Assembly (NCBI GenBank): GCA_051003155.1
Contig: JBPCLO010000042.1
Coordinates: 1-14,216, forward strand
Reading direction: 5' to 3'
Source: Fimbriimonadales bacterium
GTDB lineage: Bacteria > Armatimonadota > Fimbriimonadia > Fimbriimonadales > ATM1
Length of the DNA stretch: 14,216 bases
In this document: positions 1 through 7,364 of the stretch, one piece after another
How positions within the stretch are numbered: the stretch's first letter is position 1
How the letters are laid out: every line of letters begins with the position of its first letter
Position numbers and translations under genes: made by a program
Notes under the pieces: model-generated
What the model was told of the DNA's origin: nothing
What the model saw: only the letters and a program-made list of their open reading frames with translations
The model's database searches: none

Positions 1-401
1 GCTTCAAGTCGCTGCGCGTTCAATCTGTCCTTTCCAAACTGTTCCTGGGTCGCGGCGCTCCGAAGCACCTACGCTCGGATAACGGCAGCGAGTTCATCTC
101 CCGCTCGCTCGCCGTGTTCCTGTCGCACTCCGGCACGAAGAGTCGGTTCATCAAGCCAGGTTCTCCCTGGCAGAACGGCCACGCGGAGAGTTTCGTTTCT
201 ACACTTCGCCGAGATTGCCTGGATGTCGACGTGTTTCACAACCTCGCCGATGCCCAAGCCAGGCTCGGAATTTACCGCTGCTATTACAACGAAGAGCGGC
301 CCCACTCCTCCCTCGGCTACCGCGCACCTGTGCAAGCCCTGCCAGAATCAACGATGGAGGACGTCTACTCCTAAGATGACTTCACGAATGGGGGCAGACC
401 A
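1..401 (+). mobile_element. Right end of an IS3-family insertion sequence; right terminal inverted repeat about 375-401
   Basis: The transposase stop at 374 is followed by ...GAATGGGGGCAGACCA, ending in CA at 400-401, the usual IS3-family 3' terminus. The left end is outside the window, so the IR pair and target duplication cannot be checked. Confidence 0.8.
3..374 (+). CDS. IS3-family transposase OrfB, C-terminal part of the DDE/integrase core (runs off the left edge)
   Basis: Frame is open from base 3: FKSLRVQSVLSKLFLGRGAPKHLRSDNGSEF...IKPGSPWQNGHAESF...YYNEERPHSSLGYRAP. SDNGxEF, PGxPWQNGxxESF and YNxxRPHSSLG are typical IS3-family motifs. Confidence 0.95.
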   Translation, partial: FKSLRVQSVLSKLFLGRGAPKHLRSDNGSEFISRSLAVFLSHSGTKSRFIKPGSPWQNGHAESFVSTLRRDCLDVDVFHNLADAQARLGIYRCYYNEERPHSSLGYRAPVQALPESTMEDVYS

Positions 402-415
402 CCGCGCCTCTAGCG

Positions 416-441
416 AGACTGAAGACTGAAGACAGAAGACA
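416..441. repeat. Short degenerate heptamer tandem repeat (AGACWGA, about 3.7 units)
   Basis: AGACTGA AGACTGA AGACAGA AGACA read directly. A similar degenerate run lies at about 2904-2936. Confidence 0.7.
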
Positions 442-460
442 AGCTACCTGCCGAAACGTC

Positions 461-507
461 ACCTCTCCCGTTGGGAGAGGTCGGTGAGGTTGCGAACCGG
501 GTGAGGG
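461..507. repeat. REP-like palindromic element
   Basis: Hairpin ACCTCTCCC-GTT-GGGAGAGGT (461-481) followed by ...CCGGGTGAGGG, a pattern typical of extragenic palindromic repeats in GC-rich bacteria. Confidence 0.65.
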
Positions 508-599
508 ACATAGCGAGTTAGTGGTGCTGGAGGTCGCACGTCCCCGTGAGACACTGCGTTTGGATGGCAAAACTTTAGCTAGCCCGGTCCACATCGGCT

Positions 600-637
600 G
601 TCGCCAGTCGGCAGTCGGCAGTCGGTAGTCGGCAGTC
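600..637. repeat. Heptamer tandem repeat (GTCGGCA, about 5 units)
   Basis: GTCGCCA GTCGGCA GTCGGCA GTCGGTA GTCGGCA GTC read directly. Confidence 0.85.
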
Positions 638-678
638 CGCGGTCGCCCCCGCGCGGTCGCCCTGAGGTAAAGAGGGCT

Positions 679-1194
679 ATGTTCGCCCTCACAATCGCAA
701 CACTCGTCGTTTACGCGTTCGCCCAGTCGGCGAAGGACGCGGAATCGATCGACGCCATCATTCACTCCGTCTACGACGTAATATCCGGTCCGGCGGGGAA
801 GGAGCGAGATTGGGAACGGATGAGGAGCTTGTTCGTCCCCGACGCGCGCCTGATCGCGGTGGGCAAGCGAGCGGGCGGCGAGGTCGTGCGGCGCTCCATG
901 ACGGTCGACGAGTACATCGAGACCTCGGGCCCGGTGCTAAAGGAGAGGGGCTTCTTCGAGAAAGAGATCGCGCGGCGAACCGAGCACTACGGCAACATCT
1001 CCCACGCTTTCAGCACCTACGAGGCGCGTTCGAAAGCCGAGGACGAGAAGCCGTTCATGCGCGGAATCAACAGCTTCCAGCTCTACAACGACGGCAAGCG
1101 CTGGTGGGTCGTAACGATCTACTGGCAAGCCGAAGACGCGAGTACGCCGTTGCCGAAGAAGTATCTCAAGGATCGGCCGCTACCCTCAGAATAG
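679..1194 (+). CDS. Secreted NTF2/SnoaL-like fold protein
   Basis: Signal-peptide-like N-terminus (MFALTIATLVVYAFAQ); motifs YDVISGPAG-RDWERMRSLF, FFEKEI, HAFSTYE, RGINSFQL and RWWVVTIYW; AGAGGG RBS-like sequence upstream. Confidence 0.8.
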   Translation: MFALTIATLVVYAFAQSAKDAESIDAIIHSVYDVISGPAGKERDWERMRSLFVPDARLIAVGKRAGGEVVRRSMTVDEYIETSGPVLKERGFFEKEIARRTEHYGNISHAFSTYEARSKAEDEKPFMRGINSFQLYNDGKRWWVVTIYWQAEDASTPLPKKYLKDRPLPSE

Positions 1195-1358
1195 GGCGCT
1201 CGGGCCATTCATACATATTCCCCGCTAGCCGTGGAGGCATACGGCCCCTCTCGTCCGAGACCCGCGTCAAATTGGTTGGCGCATACACACGATAATTACC
1301 GATGAATCGGCGTCACTTCCTCGCGAAGCGCTCGCGAACGTGACAAACTAAGCCCGAT

Positions 1359-2426
1359 ATGCGCAAAGAGTCACTCGCCTTTTTCAAAGAACTCGTCAAC
1401 ACTCCCTCTCCCTCCGGCTACGAAACCAAAGCCGCTGAGGTTTACCGCAGCTACGCCAAGCCGTTCGCAGACGAAATTCGAACCGATGTGATGGGCAACG
1501 TGTGGGCGATGATCAACGCCAAGGCCAAGCGGCAGGTCATGCTCGCGGGCCATATGGACGAGATCGGGTTTGCAGTTCACTACGTGAGCGACGAGGGACT
1601 GCTCTACTTCTCCGCGATCGGGGGCCACGACAGCGCGATCCCGGTCGGGCAAAGGGTTTGGATCCACGGCCCGAAAGGGCAAGTCCCGGGTGTGATCGGA
1701 AGAAAGGCCATCCACCTGCTCACCCAAGACGAGCGCAAGCAGAAGCCCGAGCTCGACGACCTTTGGATCGACATCGGCGTTAGCAGTCGCAACGACGCGA
1801 TGGATTTGATCGAACTCGGCGACGTGGTGACATACCAGTGGGAGTTTCAGAAGCTGGCCGGCGACGTCGTCACCGCCCGCGGATTTGACAACAAAATGGG
1901 CTGCTTCATCGTGGCCGAGGCACTGCGGCACCTCTCCGAGAAGAAGCCCAATAAAGACGTCGGAGTGATAGCCGTCGCCACCGTGCAAGAGGAAATCGGC
2001 CTAAGAGGAGCGCGCACGAGCGCGATCGGCACGCAAGCCGAGGCCGGAATCGCCGTCGACGTGACCCATGCGATCGACTACCCTTCGGTCGACAAAAAGA
2101 AGCACGGCGACATGAGGATCGGCAAAGGCCCGGTGGTCGCGCGAGGCGCGAACATCAACCCGGTGATGTTCGACCTAACCAAGCAAGCGGCGAAGGACGA
2201 GGGAATCGATATCCAAATTGAGGTTGAGCCGGGCGGCACAGGCACGGACGCCAACGCCATGCAAATCGCCGGTGCAGGCATGGCGACCGGCCTCCTGGGC
2301 GTCGCGATCCGGTACATGCACACGCCCGTCGAAGTTCTGTCGCTCACGGACGTGGAGCAATGCGCAACATTGATGGCTGCGGTTTGCCGCAAAATAACCG
2401 CGAAGACCGATTTCACACCGAGGTGA
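1359..2426 (+). CDS. M42-family metallo-aminopeptidase (TET/FrvX-like)
   Basis: PSPSGYE, AGHMDEIG, FDNKMG, TVQEEIGLRGA, VDVTHA, GTGTDA and RYMHTPVE: the complete set of M42 metal-binding motifs. Confidence 0.95.
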   Translation: MRKESLAFFKELVNTPSPSGYETKAAEVYRSYAKPFADEIRTDVMGNVWAMINAKAKRQVMLAGHMDEIGFAVHYVSDEGLLYFSAIGGHDSAIPVGQRVWIHGPKGQVPGVIGRKAIHLLTQDERKQKPELDDLWIDIGVSSRNDAMDLIELGDVVTYQWEFQKLAGDVVTARGFDNKMGCFIVAEALRHLSEKKPNKDVGVIAVATVQEEIGLRGARTSAIGTQAEAGIAVDVTHAIDYPSVDKKKHGDMRIGKGPVVARGANINPVMFDLTKQAAKDEGIDIQIEVEPGGTGTDANAMQIAGAGMATGLLGVAIRYMHTPVEVLSLTDVEQCATLMAAVCRKITAKTDFTPR

Positions 2427-2431
2427 GGTTA

Positions 2432-2905
2432 ATGCAACCAGTAAGGAAAAGCAGAGTCGGGCTTTACATAGCCCTCACAGCGATCGCGCTCATTGTGATC
2501 GCGGGCATTGCGATTGTCGTTGTCGTCACCAACTTCCTAAAGAGTCCCGAAGGCCAACGCCTTCAGTTTGCTATCGGTAAGACCGAGCGCCTGGAAGGCG
2601 CGATCCCGAACTTGCTTGAAGCGTTTCAAAAGCACAATTCGGAGAAGGGCGATTTTCCGGCGACGGTCGATGTGCTCACGGCCTACGGGCTCACGGCCGG
2701 CAATCTGGAAACCATCAATGGCGAGATGAAATATACCAAACCAGCAAAGGACGCGCCGCCCGAAACCGTGATCCTCGACACAGGGACCGTGGATTTCATC
2801 CAAAAGTCCGAAGTGCGCGTCCAGGTCACGAAGGACCTGAAGGCGTTCCAACTTACGAAATCCCCGATAGGCCAGGGCAAAGGCAACGTCGAGGTGAAGC
2901 TTTAA
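2432..2905 (+). CDS. Hypothetical single-pass membrane protein
   Basis: ATG at 2432, 5 bp after the peptidase stop and preceded by GAGG. A basic N-terminus is followed by a hydrophobic helix (LYIALTAIALIVIAGIAIVVVV). The 2360 start in the ORF track overlaps the upstream gene. Confidence 0.75.
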   Translation: MQPVRKSRVGLYIALTAIALIVIAGIAIVVVVTNFLKSPEGQRLQFAIGKTERLEGAIPNLLEAFQKHNSEKGDFPATVDVLTAYGLTAGNLETINGEMKYTKPAKDAPPETVILDTGTVDFIQKSEVRVQVTKDLKAFQLTKSPIGQGKGNVEVKL

Positions 2906-2946
2906 GACTGCAGGCTGGAGACTGAAGCCCGAAAGCGTGAGAGGGT

Positions 2947-3609
2947 CTAAAACTCAAACCTCAAGCTGACAGCCTCGCCGCTCCCCAGCGAGACATCCTT
3001 GGCGGTTCCCATCAGCCGAATCGTTCCCGCCATTCGATACCTCGCAACGACATCCAGTTCCGCTCGGGCCGGCGTAACCCGCAATGACAAGCTCGCCACC
3101 TTTGCCGGGGTTGCCAAAAGCGAAATCGCGCTCGACCCCGAGTATAGATAGTCGGCGTAAAACGGCCTTGTGTGCCGGGGCCCGGACCGAACCGCCACGT
3201 CCAAGACGATGATGTGGGGCCAACGGCGCTCCCCCGCAGCGTCGGCCACTACTATTCCGAAGTTGCCCGGCATAGGCATCAGCGCAACCTTGCGCTCTGC
3301 CGAGATCAAGAATTCGACCCCGTCGTGTTCACTGCTCACCGAGGGCCATCTCCGCCACCGAGGAACCGCGGCGATGGGCGGGCGGACAAGCGCAGCGTCC
3401 GTGTCCCCGATGGCCGCATTGAACGACGAATCGGCTAAGTCAGCCTTGCCGAACCAGCGCTTGCCTTGCTTCCAAACATCCATGCCGTCACCGTCGCTCA
3501 AAACGGCCTCTGCCGGCGCATGAATCTCGAAGCGCTCCCCCAAAAAAACAAGCGCCGGCGAGTAGGTTATTCCCGCCAGCGCCTGTGCGGCCACGAAAGC
3601 CGCGATCAC
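2947..3609 (-). CDS. Hypothetical exported protein
   Basis: Likely GTG start at 3609 overlaps the HD gene stop (GTGA coupling) and gives a signal-like N-terminus MIAAFVAAQALAG. No recognisable family. Confidence 0.6.
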   Translation of the reverse strand: MIAAFVAAQALAGITYSPALVFLGERFEIHAPAEAVLSDGDGMDVWKQGKRWFGKADLADSSFNAAIGDTDAALVRPPIAAVPRWRRWPSVSSEHDGVEFLISAERKVALMPMPGNFGIVVADAAGERRWPHIIVLDVAVRSGPRHTRPFYADYLYSGSSAISLLATPAKVASLSLRVTPARAELDVVARYRMAGTIRLMGTAKDVSLGSGEAVSLRFEF

Positions 3610-4289
3610 TCCAAGACCGTCCCGTTGACCTGCAGCGTAAATTTGTAGCCCAGAACCTCCGCGCTGCGCTTGCACATCACCATGCGTGAGAGGAATATCT
3701 CGAAGTAGTCCATAACGGTCGCGCTCTCGTTGATCTCCAGAAGCAGCTCGATGTTCTGGTTCTCGGAGGACATCTCGACGCGGCTCTTCTGGACCGAGTA
3801 GTTGACGCGGTCGTGGATATCGAACGATTCCAGGATTGGATTTTGCACTCGGCTGAAGTGGACGTCGCTCTTGTCGGCGATGATGAGCGCTGCGGACATG
3901 CGGCTGACAGGAAGGCCTATGCCCTCCTCGTGGTTCCCGATCGCTCCGAGAATCGGCGCGACTTCGCGGGCGTCCATGCTCATGTTGTGCAGGATCTGAT
4001 AGGACATCGCTGCGCCGATCATCGGGTGGTTGACGCGGTTGACCACGTTGCCGATGTCGTGCAGGTAGGCTGCGACTGCACCGAGCTCCTGCTCCCGCTC
4101 GTCGGCGCCGCAGTGCTGCAAGATGTACCGCGTAACGCCGCTGACAACTCCCGAATGCCGGTGGCCGTGCTCGGTGTAGCCCATTTGGCTAAGAAGGTCG
4201 TTCGCGCCGGTGATCAGGTGCTTGACCTCGGGGTTGGCCTTCACCTCTTTCAGGGTGATCGGGTTAATCATCGGTGCAGGTTCAGCCAT
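3606..4289 (-). CDS. HD-superfamily metal-dependent phosphohydrolase
   Basis: GYTEHGHRH, AAYLHDIGN, AIGNHEE, LIIADKSDVH and FDIHDRVNY motifs. Confidence 0.9.
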   Translation of the reverse strand: MAEPAPMINPITLKEVKANPEVKHLITGANDLLSQMGYTEHGHRHSGVVSGVTRYILQHCGADEREQELGAVAAYLHDIGNVVNRVNHPMIGAAMSYQILHNMSMDAREVAPILGAIGNHEEGIGLPVSRMSAALIIADKSDVHFSRVQNPILESFDIHDRVNYSVQKSRVEMSSENQNIELLLEINESATVMDYFEIFLSRMVMCKRSAEVLGYKFTLQVNGTVLE

Positions 4290-4303
4290 TGGTTGCCTTC
4301 CGA

Positions 4304-5467
4304 TTATCCCTTATCGACCGCCCACAGGGTGACCACCCGGTCGAGGCTCCCGGCGGCCACATATTTGCCGTCGTTCGAGAATGCTACGGCCTTCACTGGG
4401 CCCGAGTGGCCACCGAGTCTCTCCACAGCTTCGCCTGTCGCGGTGTTCCATAAGCGGATCGTCCCGTCGCGCGATACGCTGGCGAGGAGCCGGCCGTCGG
4501 GGTGGTAGGCGAGCCCCTCGACCGGTTTCTCGTGGCCCCACAAGGTGTTCCGCAGGTTTCCGGTTTGGAGCTCGAAGACGCGGATGCCGTGGTCGACCAG
4601 GCTGACCGCCAACTGGCTCGAATCCGGCGAAAAGGACAATTGCGAGACCGGGGCGCGCAGGGTGAGGGCTGCGGCCTCGCGGCCGTTCTCCGCGTCCCAA
4701 AGGATGACCCTTTGGTCGTTGGCTCCCGTGGCGAGGAGTCGGCCGTCGGTGCTAATTGCCAAAGCGGAGACGGCGTCGTCGTGAAGCCTCCTAACAAAGA
4801 CGGTCTTCCCGGACTCCGTGTCTGCGCAAAGCACGGTCCGATGGATCGAGCCGAGATAGGCCTTGCCGCTCGGTCCAAGAGCGATCTGCGAAACCCACTC
4901 CGCGCGCTTCGTGGTCGACAGGACGACCTTTCGCTTCTCGATGTGCCAGACCGAGACCGATCTCTCGCTGGCTCCCGCGGCGGCGAGCTTGGATCGGGTC
5001 AGCCACCTCAGCGTGGTGACCGCGCCGCCTTCCAGCTTGACCTCGGCGAGGCGCTTGCCGGTGCGCCGGGAGACGAACCGTATAGTATTGTCGAAGCCCC
5101 CGATCGCCAGCTCGCGGTTATTCGGCGAGAATGCGAGCGAGTAGACCGGCGACGGCATATCGACAACGGATAGGTGGTGCCTCACACCGCCGACCCCTCC
5201 CTCGGTAGGCGCCTTCGGGGCGTGCTTAATACCGGTCCTTCGGAACGCGTCATAGGTTGCCCTGCTGTCCGGATTGCCGAGTACCTCGTAGGCGGCATTG
5301 ACCTCCGCCATCCTCGCACCCGCATCGGGGTTGACGTCCGGGTGCAGGCTCCGCGCCAGCTTGCGGTATGCGGATTTTATTTCCCTGGCGTCCGCGTTCT
5401 GCTTCACGCCGAGGGTCTGGTAGTGGCTCTTAGGCAAGCCTCCTTCATACCTGACGAAGGCGGACAT
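4304..5467 (-). CDS. DnaJ-domain plus WD40-repeat protein
   Basis: J-domain (HYQTLGV...IKSAYRKLARSLHPDVNP...VNAAYEVLGNP, intact HPD) followed by WD40 repeats (GH...LAYHPDG.LLAS.S.DGTIRLWN). Start set at ATG 5467 and uncertain; the extension to 5722 overlaps the divergent gene. Confidence 0.85.
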   Translation of the reverse strand: MSAFVRYEGGLPKSHYQTLGVKQNADAREIKSAYRKLARSLHPDVNPDAGARMAEVNAAYEVLGNPDSRATYDAFRRTGIKHAPKAPTEGGVGGVRHHLSVVDMPSPVYSLAFSPNNRELAIGGFDNTIRFVSRRTGKRLAEVKLEGGAVTTLRWLTRSKLAAAGASERSVSVWHIEKRKVVLSTTKRAEWVSQIALGPSGKAYLGSIHRTVLCADTESGKTVFVRRLHDDAVSALAISTDGRLLATGANDQRVILWDAENGREAAALTLRAPVSQLSFSPDSSQLAVSLVDHGIRVFELQTGNLRNTLWGHEKPVEGLAYHPDGRLLASVSRDGTIRLWNTATGEAVERLGGHSGPVKAVAFSNDGKYVAAGSLDRVVTLWAVDKG

Positions 5468-5529
5468 CGACAGCCGATGTCGATTCAGATTGAACTCTTG
5501 AAAAGGCAGCGATAGGTTCAACCAACCGA

Positions 5530-5538
5530 TGCCATAAT
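5530..5538 (+). promoter_or_regulatory. Possible extended -10 promoter for the SARP-ATPase gene
   Basis: TGcCATAAT (TGn plus a 5/6 match to TATAAT) ends 23 bp before ATG 5562. No clear -35. Confidence 0.4.
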
Positions 5539-5561
5539 CGGCAATCGAGCTTGGCGGAGGG

Positions 5562-7364
5562 ATGAAACGTGAAGGGGAAGCGGATCGGCCCCCAATTGGA
5601 GCCGTGTGGACCGTCAGGCTCCTTGGCCGCCTTGAGGTGGTTTCGTCGTCGAGCGAATTGGTGCGTTTTCGGTCTCGGACGGCGCTCGGGCTTCTGGCCT
5701 TCCTAGCGCTCAACAAGTCCAAGGAATACTCCGGTGAGCAGCTCCAAGAAGTGTTCTGGCCGGAAAGCCACGGGGATCGACAGGCTCAAAACCTGCGGCG
5801 AGCGGTCGCGGATTTGCGAAAGGTGCTCGAAAGAGGCTCGCCTCTGGGTTCTGTGGTCATAACCCGGCGAAACTACGTCTCTTTGAACCCGGATCGGATC
5901 GTGACCGACGTGGAGAGGTTTCTCGAATTGACGGACACCGGTGCGGAGGCGGAACAGGGCTCTTTGGAGGAAGCGCTGAACCTTTATTCCGGTCCGTTGC
6001 TTGCGCCACTCTCCGACTCGTGGATGCTAGGGCAAAGAATGGAGCTCGAGGAGCGATTTGGGCAGGCCGTGGCACGTTCGTGCCAATGTCGCGTTCAGGC
6101 GGGGAGGGTGAAAGATGCCATTCGAATCGGGCGGTCCGGTGTGTCGGCAGCCCCGTACAGGGAGGACATCCACATCGCCCTCATTTCGGCCTATCGGCAC
6201 GCCGGCATGGAAACCGAGGCCCTGCGGCAATACGAGGAACTGGAGCGCATGCTCGATGAGGAATGGGGAGACTCCCCGTCCGCGCGAGCCAAGGAAGCAT
6301 TGTCGGGCGAGTTGTCTTTTGACGCGGCGCAAGGGGACATCGACGCTGAAAGCGGTGCGTGGGATCCGGCAGGCGGAGCGGTTCCCATCGGATCGAAGTT
6401 CTACGTTCGCAGAGAAGCCGATCGCCATGCCGAAGCCTGCATCGAGCGCGGAGAAGGCGTCATTCTCGTACAGGGGCCGCGGCAGGTGGGCAAAACGTCG
6501 CTGCTTGCAAGAATGATGGAGTTCTCACGCACGGCGCAGAGGGCCGCCGTTCTTACCGACTTTCAAGCGATGGGCGAATCCCGATTGAAGGAAGCGGACC
6601 ACTTGTACAAGACGCTCGCCCACAGCTTCGCCACGCAGCTCGGTCTCGAACTCGACATTGCGAGCGAATGGAGCGAGTGGCTCGGGCCGAACGCGAACTT
6701 GGATGCGATGCTCGGCAAGCTCCTGGAGCGGTCTGGCGGCCGGGTCTGTTGGGGCATCGACGAGGCCGATCTCCTCTTCGACCGGCCCTATACCAACGAC
6801 TTTTTCGGGCTGCTTCGCAGCTGGCACAATCGGCGCGCCCTTGACGCGGGCGGCCCGTGGAGCAAGCTGACGCTCGTGCTGACGTACGCCACCGAAGCCC
6901 ACCTCTTCATTACCGATTTGAATCAATCCCCATTCAACGTGGGCGTTCGATTGACTCTAAAAGACTTCTCCGAAGAGGACCTGAGGACTCTTCAGGCTCG
7001 TTACGAACCGTTGCGGGGCAAGGACGTGTCGACCAACGTTTTCGAGATCACCCACGGGCATCCCTACCTGTCCCAGTGCGCGTTCGCTTTTTTATCGCAG
7101 GGCGGGTCGGTTGAGGATCTCGCGGCCAAGGCGGCGCGGCAGGACGGGCCGTTCGGCTCCCACCTAAGCCGCATGCTCGTCTCGATCGCGCAAAGCGAGG
7201 AAACTTTGGCCGAGGTCAAGCGGATGTTGCGCGGCGAGCCGTTCGAGCATCCGACGACCCGCTATCGGCTCCAGTCGGCAGGCCTCATTTCAATCTCCAA
7301 GGAAGGCAAAGCCGAGTTTCGGGTTCCGGTCGACGAAGAATTCCTACGCGCAGAGATCAGGTAG
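5562..7364 (+). CDS. SARP-type (winged HTH + BTAD) transcriptional activator fused to an AAA_35-type ATPase
   Basis: N-terminal part: VRLLGRLEV...LLAFLAL...EVFWPE...NLRRAVADLRKVL...TDVERF...ALNLYSGPLL...PYREDIHIALISAY...G..TEALRQYEE...PS (SARP/BTAD pattern). C-terminal part: GGAVPIGSKFYVRREAD, Walker A GPRQVGKT, Walker B IDEAD, FFGLLRSWHN, QSPFNVG, THGHPYL. Start could also be GTG about 5604. Confidence 0.9.
   Translation: MKREGEADRPPIGAVWTVRLLGRLEVVSSSSELVRFRSRTALGLLAFLALNKSKEYSGEQLQEVFWPESHGDRQAQNLRRAVADLRKVLERGSPLGSVVITRRNYVSLNPDRIVTDVERFLELTDTGAEAEQGSLEEALNLYSGPLLAPLSDSWMLGQRMELEERFGQAVARSCQCRVQAGRVKDAIRIGRSGVSAAPYREDIHIALISAYRHAGMETEALRQYEELERMLDEEWGDSPSARAKEALSGELSFDAAQGDIDAESGAWDPAGGAVPIGSKFYVRREADRHAEACIERGEGVILVQGPRQVGKTSLLARMMEFSRTAQRAAVLTDFQAMGESRLKEADHLYKTLAHSFATQLGLELDIASEWSEWLGPNANLDAMLGKLLERSGGRVCWGIDEADLLFDRPYTNDFFGLLRSWHNRRALDAGGPWSKLTLVLTYATEAHLFITDLNQSPFNVGVRLTLKDFSEEDLRTLQARYEPLRGKDVSTNVFEITHGHPYLSQCAFAFLSQGGSVEDLAAKAARQDGPFGSHLSRMLVSIAQSEETLAEVKRMLRGEPFEHPTTRYRLQSAGLISISKEGKAEFRVPVDEEFLRAEIR

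Noticed and set aside
382..765. 127-aa minus-strand ORF with TADYRLPTADWR repeats
   Set aside because: This is a translation of the intergenic heptamer repeats and the antisense strand of the 679-1194 gene.
2432..2905. Possible pilin or pseudopilin
   Set aside because: It has an N-terminal hydrophobic helix but no clear G|F-x-x-x-E prepilin cleavage motif and no pilus or secretion genes nearby.
3610..3675. N-terminal extension of the 242-aa ORF
   Set aside because: It lies inside the HD gene; a coupled GTG start at 3609 is more plausible.
5468..5722. N-terminal extension of the 472-aa DnaJ-WD40 ORF
   Set aside because: It overlaps the divergent SARP gene and reads like shadow sequence; the J-domain begins only after about 5435.
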